NCBI GenBank assembly: GCA_051294375.1
Contig: CM119265.1
Coordinates: 27,960,665 to 28,024,664, forward strand
Direction: 5' to 3'
Length of the DNA stretch: 64,000 nt
From: Paraspadella gotoi
Taxonomy: Eukaryota > Animalia > Chaetognatha
Under the pieces are notes generated by a model. It was not told the DNA's origin. It searched no databases and was given only the letters and a program-made list of their open reading frames with translations. Every line of letters starts with the position of its first letter. Within the stretch, counting starts at the first letter, position 1. The position numbers were made by a program, and so were the translations under genes. This document shows positions 63,915 through 64,000 of this stretch, in pieces.

Positions 63915-64000
63915 ATTTCTTATCCTATTCGCTATTTTCTTTCTTTTCTTTTCTTTTCTTTTCTTTTCTTTTCTTTTCTTTACTTTACTTTACTTTACTT

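Overview
Eukaryotic (probably invertebrate animal) genomic scaffold, not prokaryotic. It is dominated by (AG)n, (GTC)n, (CTTT)n and poly-purine/poly-pyrimidine tracts, short non-autonomous DNA transposons, SINE-like elements and many N gaps, so almost all ORFs in the track are low-complexity artefacts. About 25-30 kb (roughly 11.3-18.2, 21.7-40.2 and 59.2-62.1 kb) is indel-riddled sequence, much of it duplicating neighbouring clean sequence and starting at exactly-25-N gaps. This looks like raw long-read gap filling, not biology. Two substantial objects can be read by eye. (1) A clean, phase-consistent three-exon orphan gene (6389-6452, 6540-6900, 8233-8500; 230 aa) with an acidic N-terminus and a canonical PLDLS CtBP-binding motif; its second intron holds a Helentron-type element and a SINE. 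(2) A Ty3/Gypsy LTR retrotransposon (tRNA-Ser PBS, gag zinc knuckle, PR, RT, RNase H, integrase) scattered in both orientations over noisy reads, whose LTR may contain three different minisatellites. I found no convincing novel multi-gene system; the orphan PLDLS gene and the minisatellite-laden LTR are the best leads.
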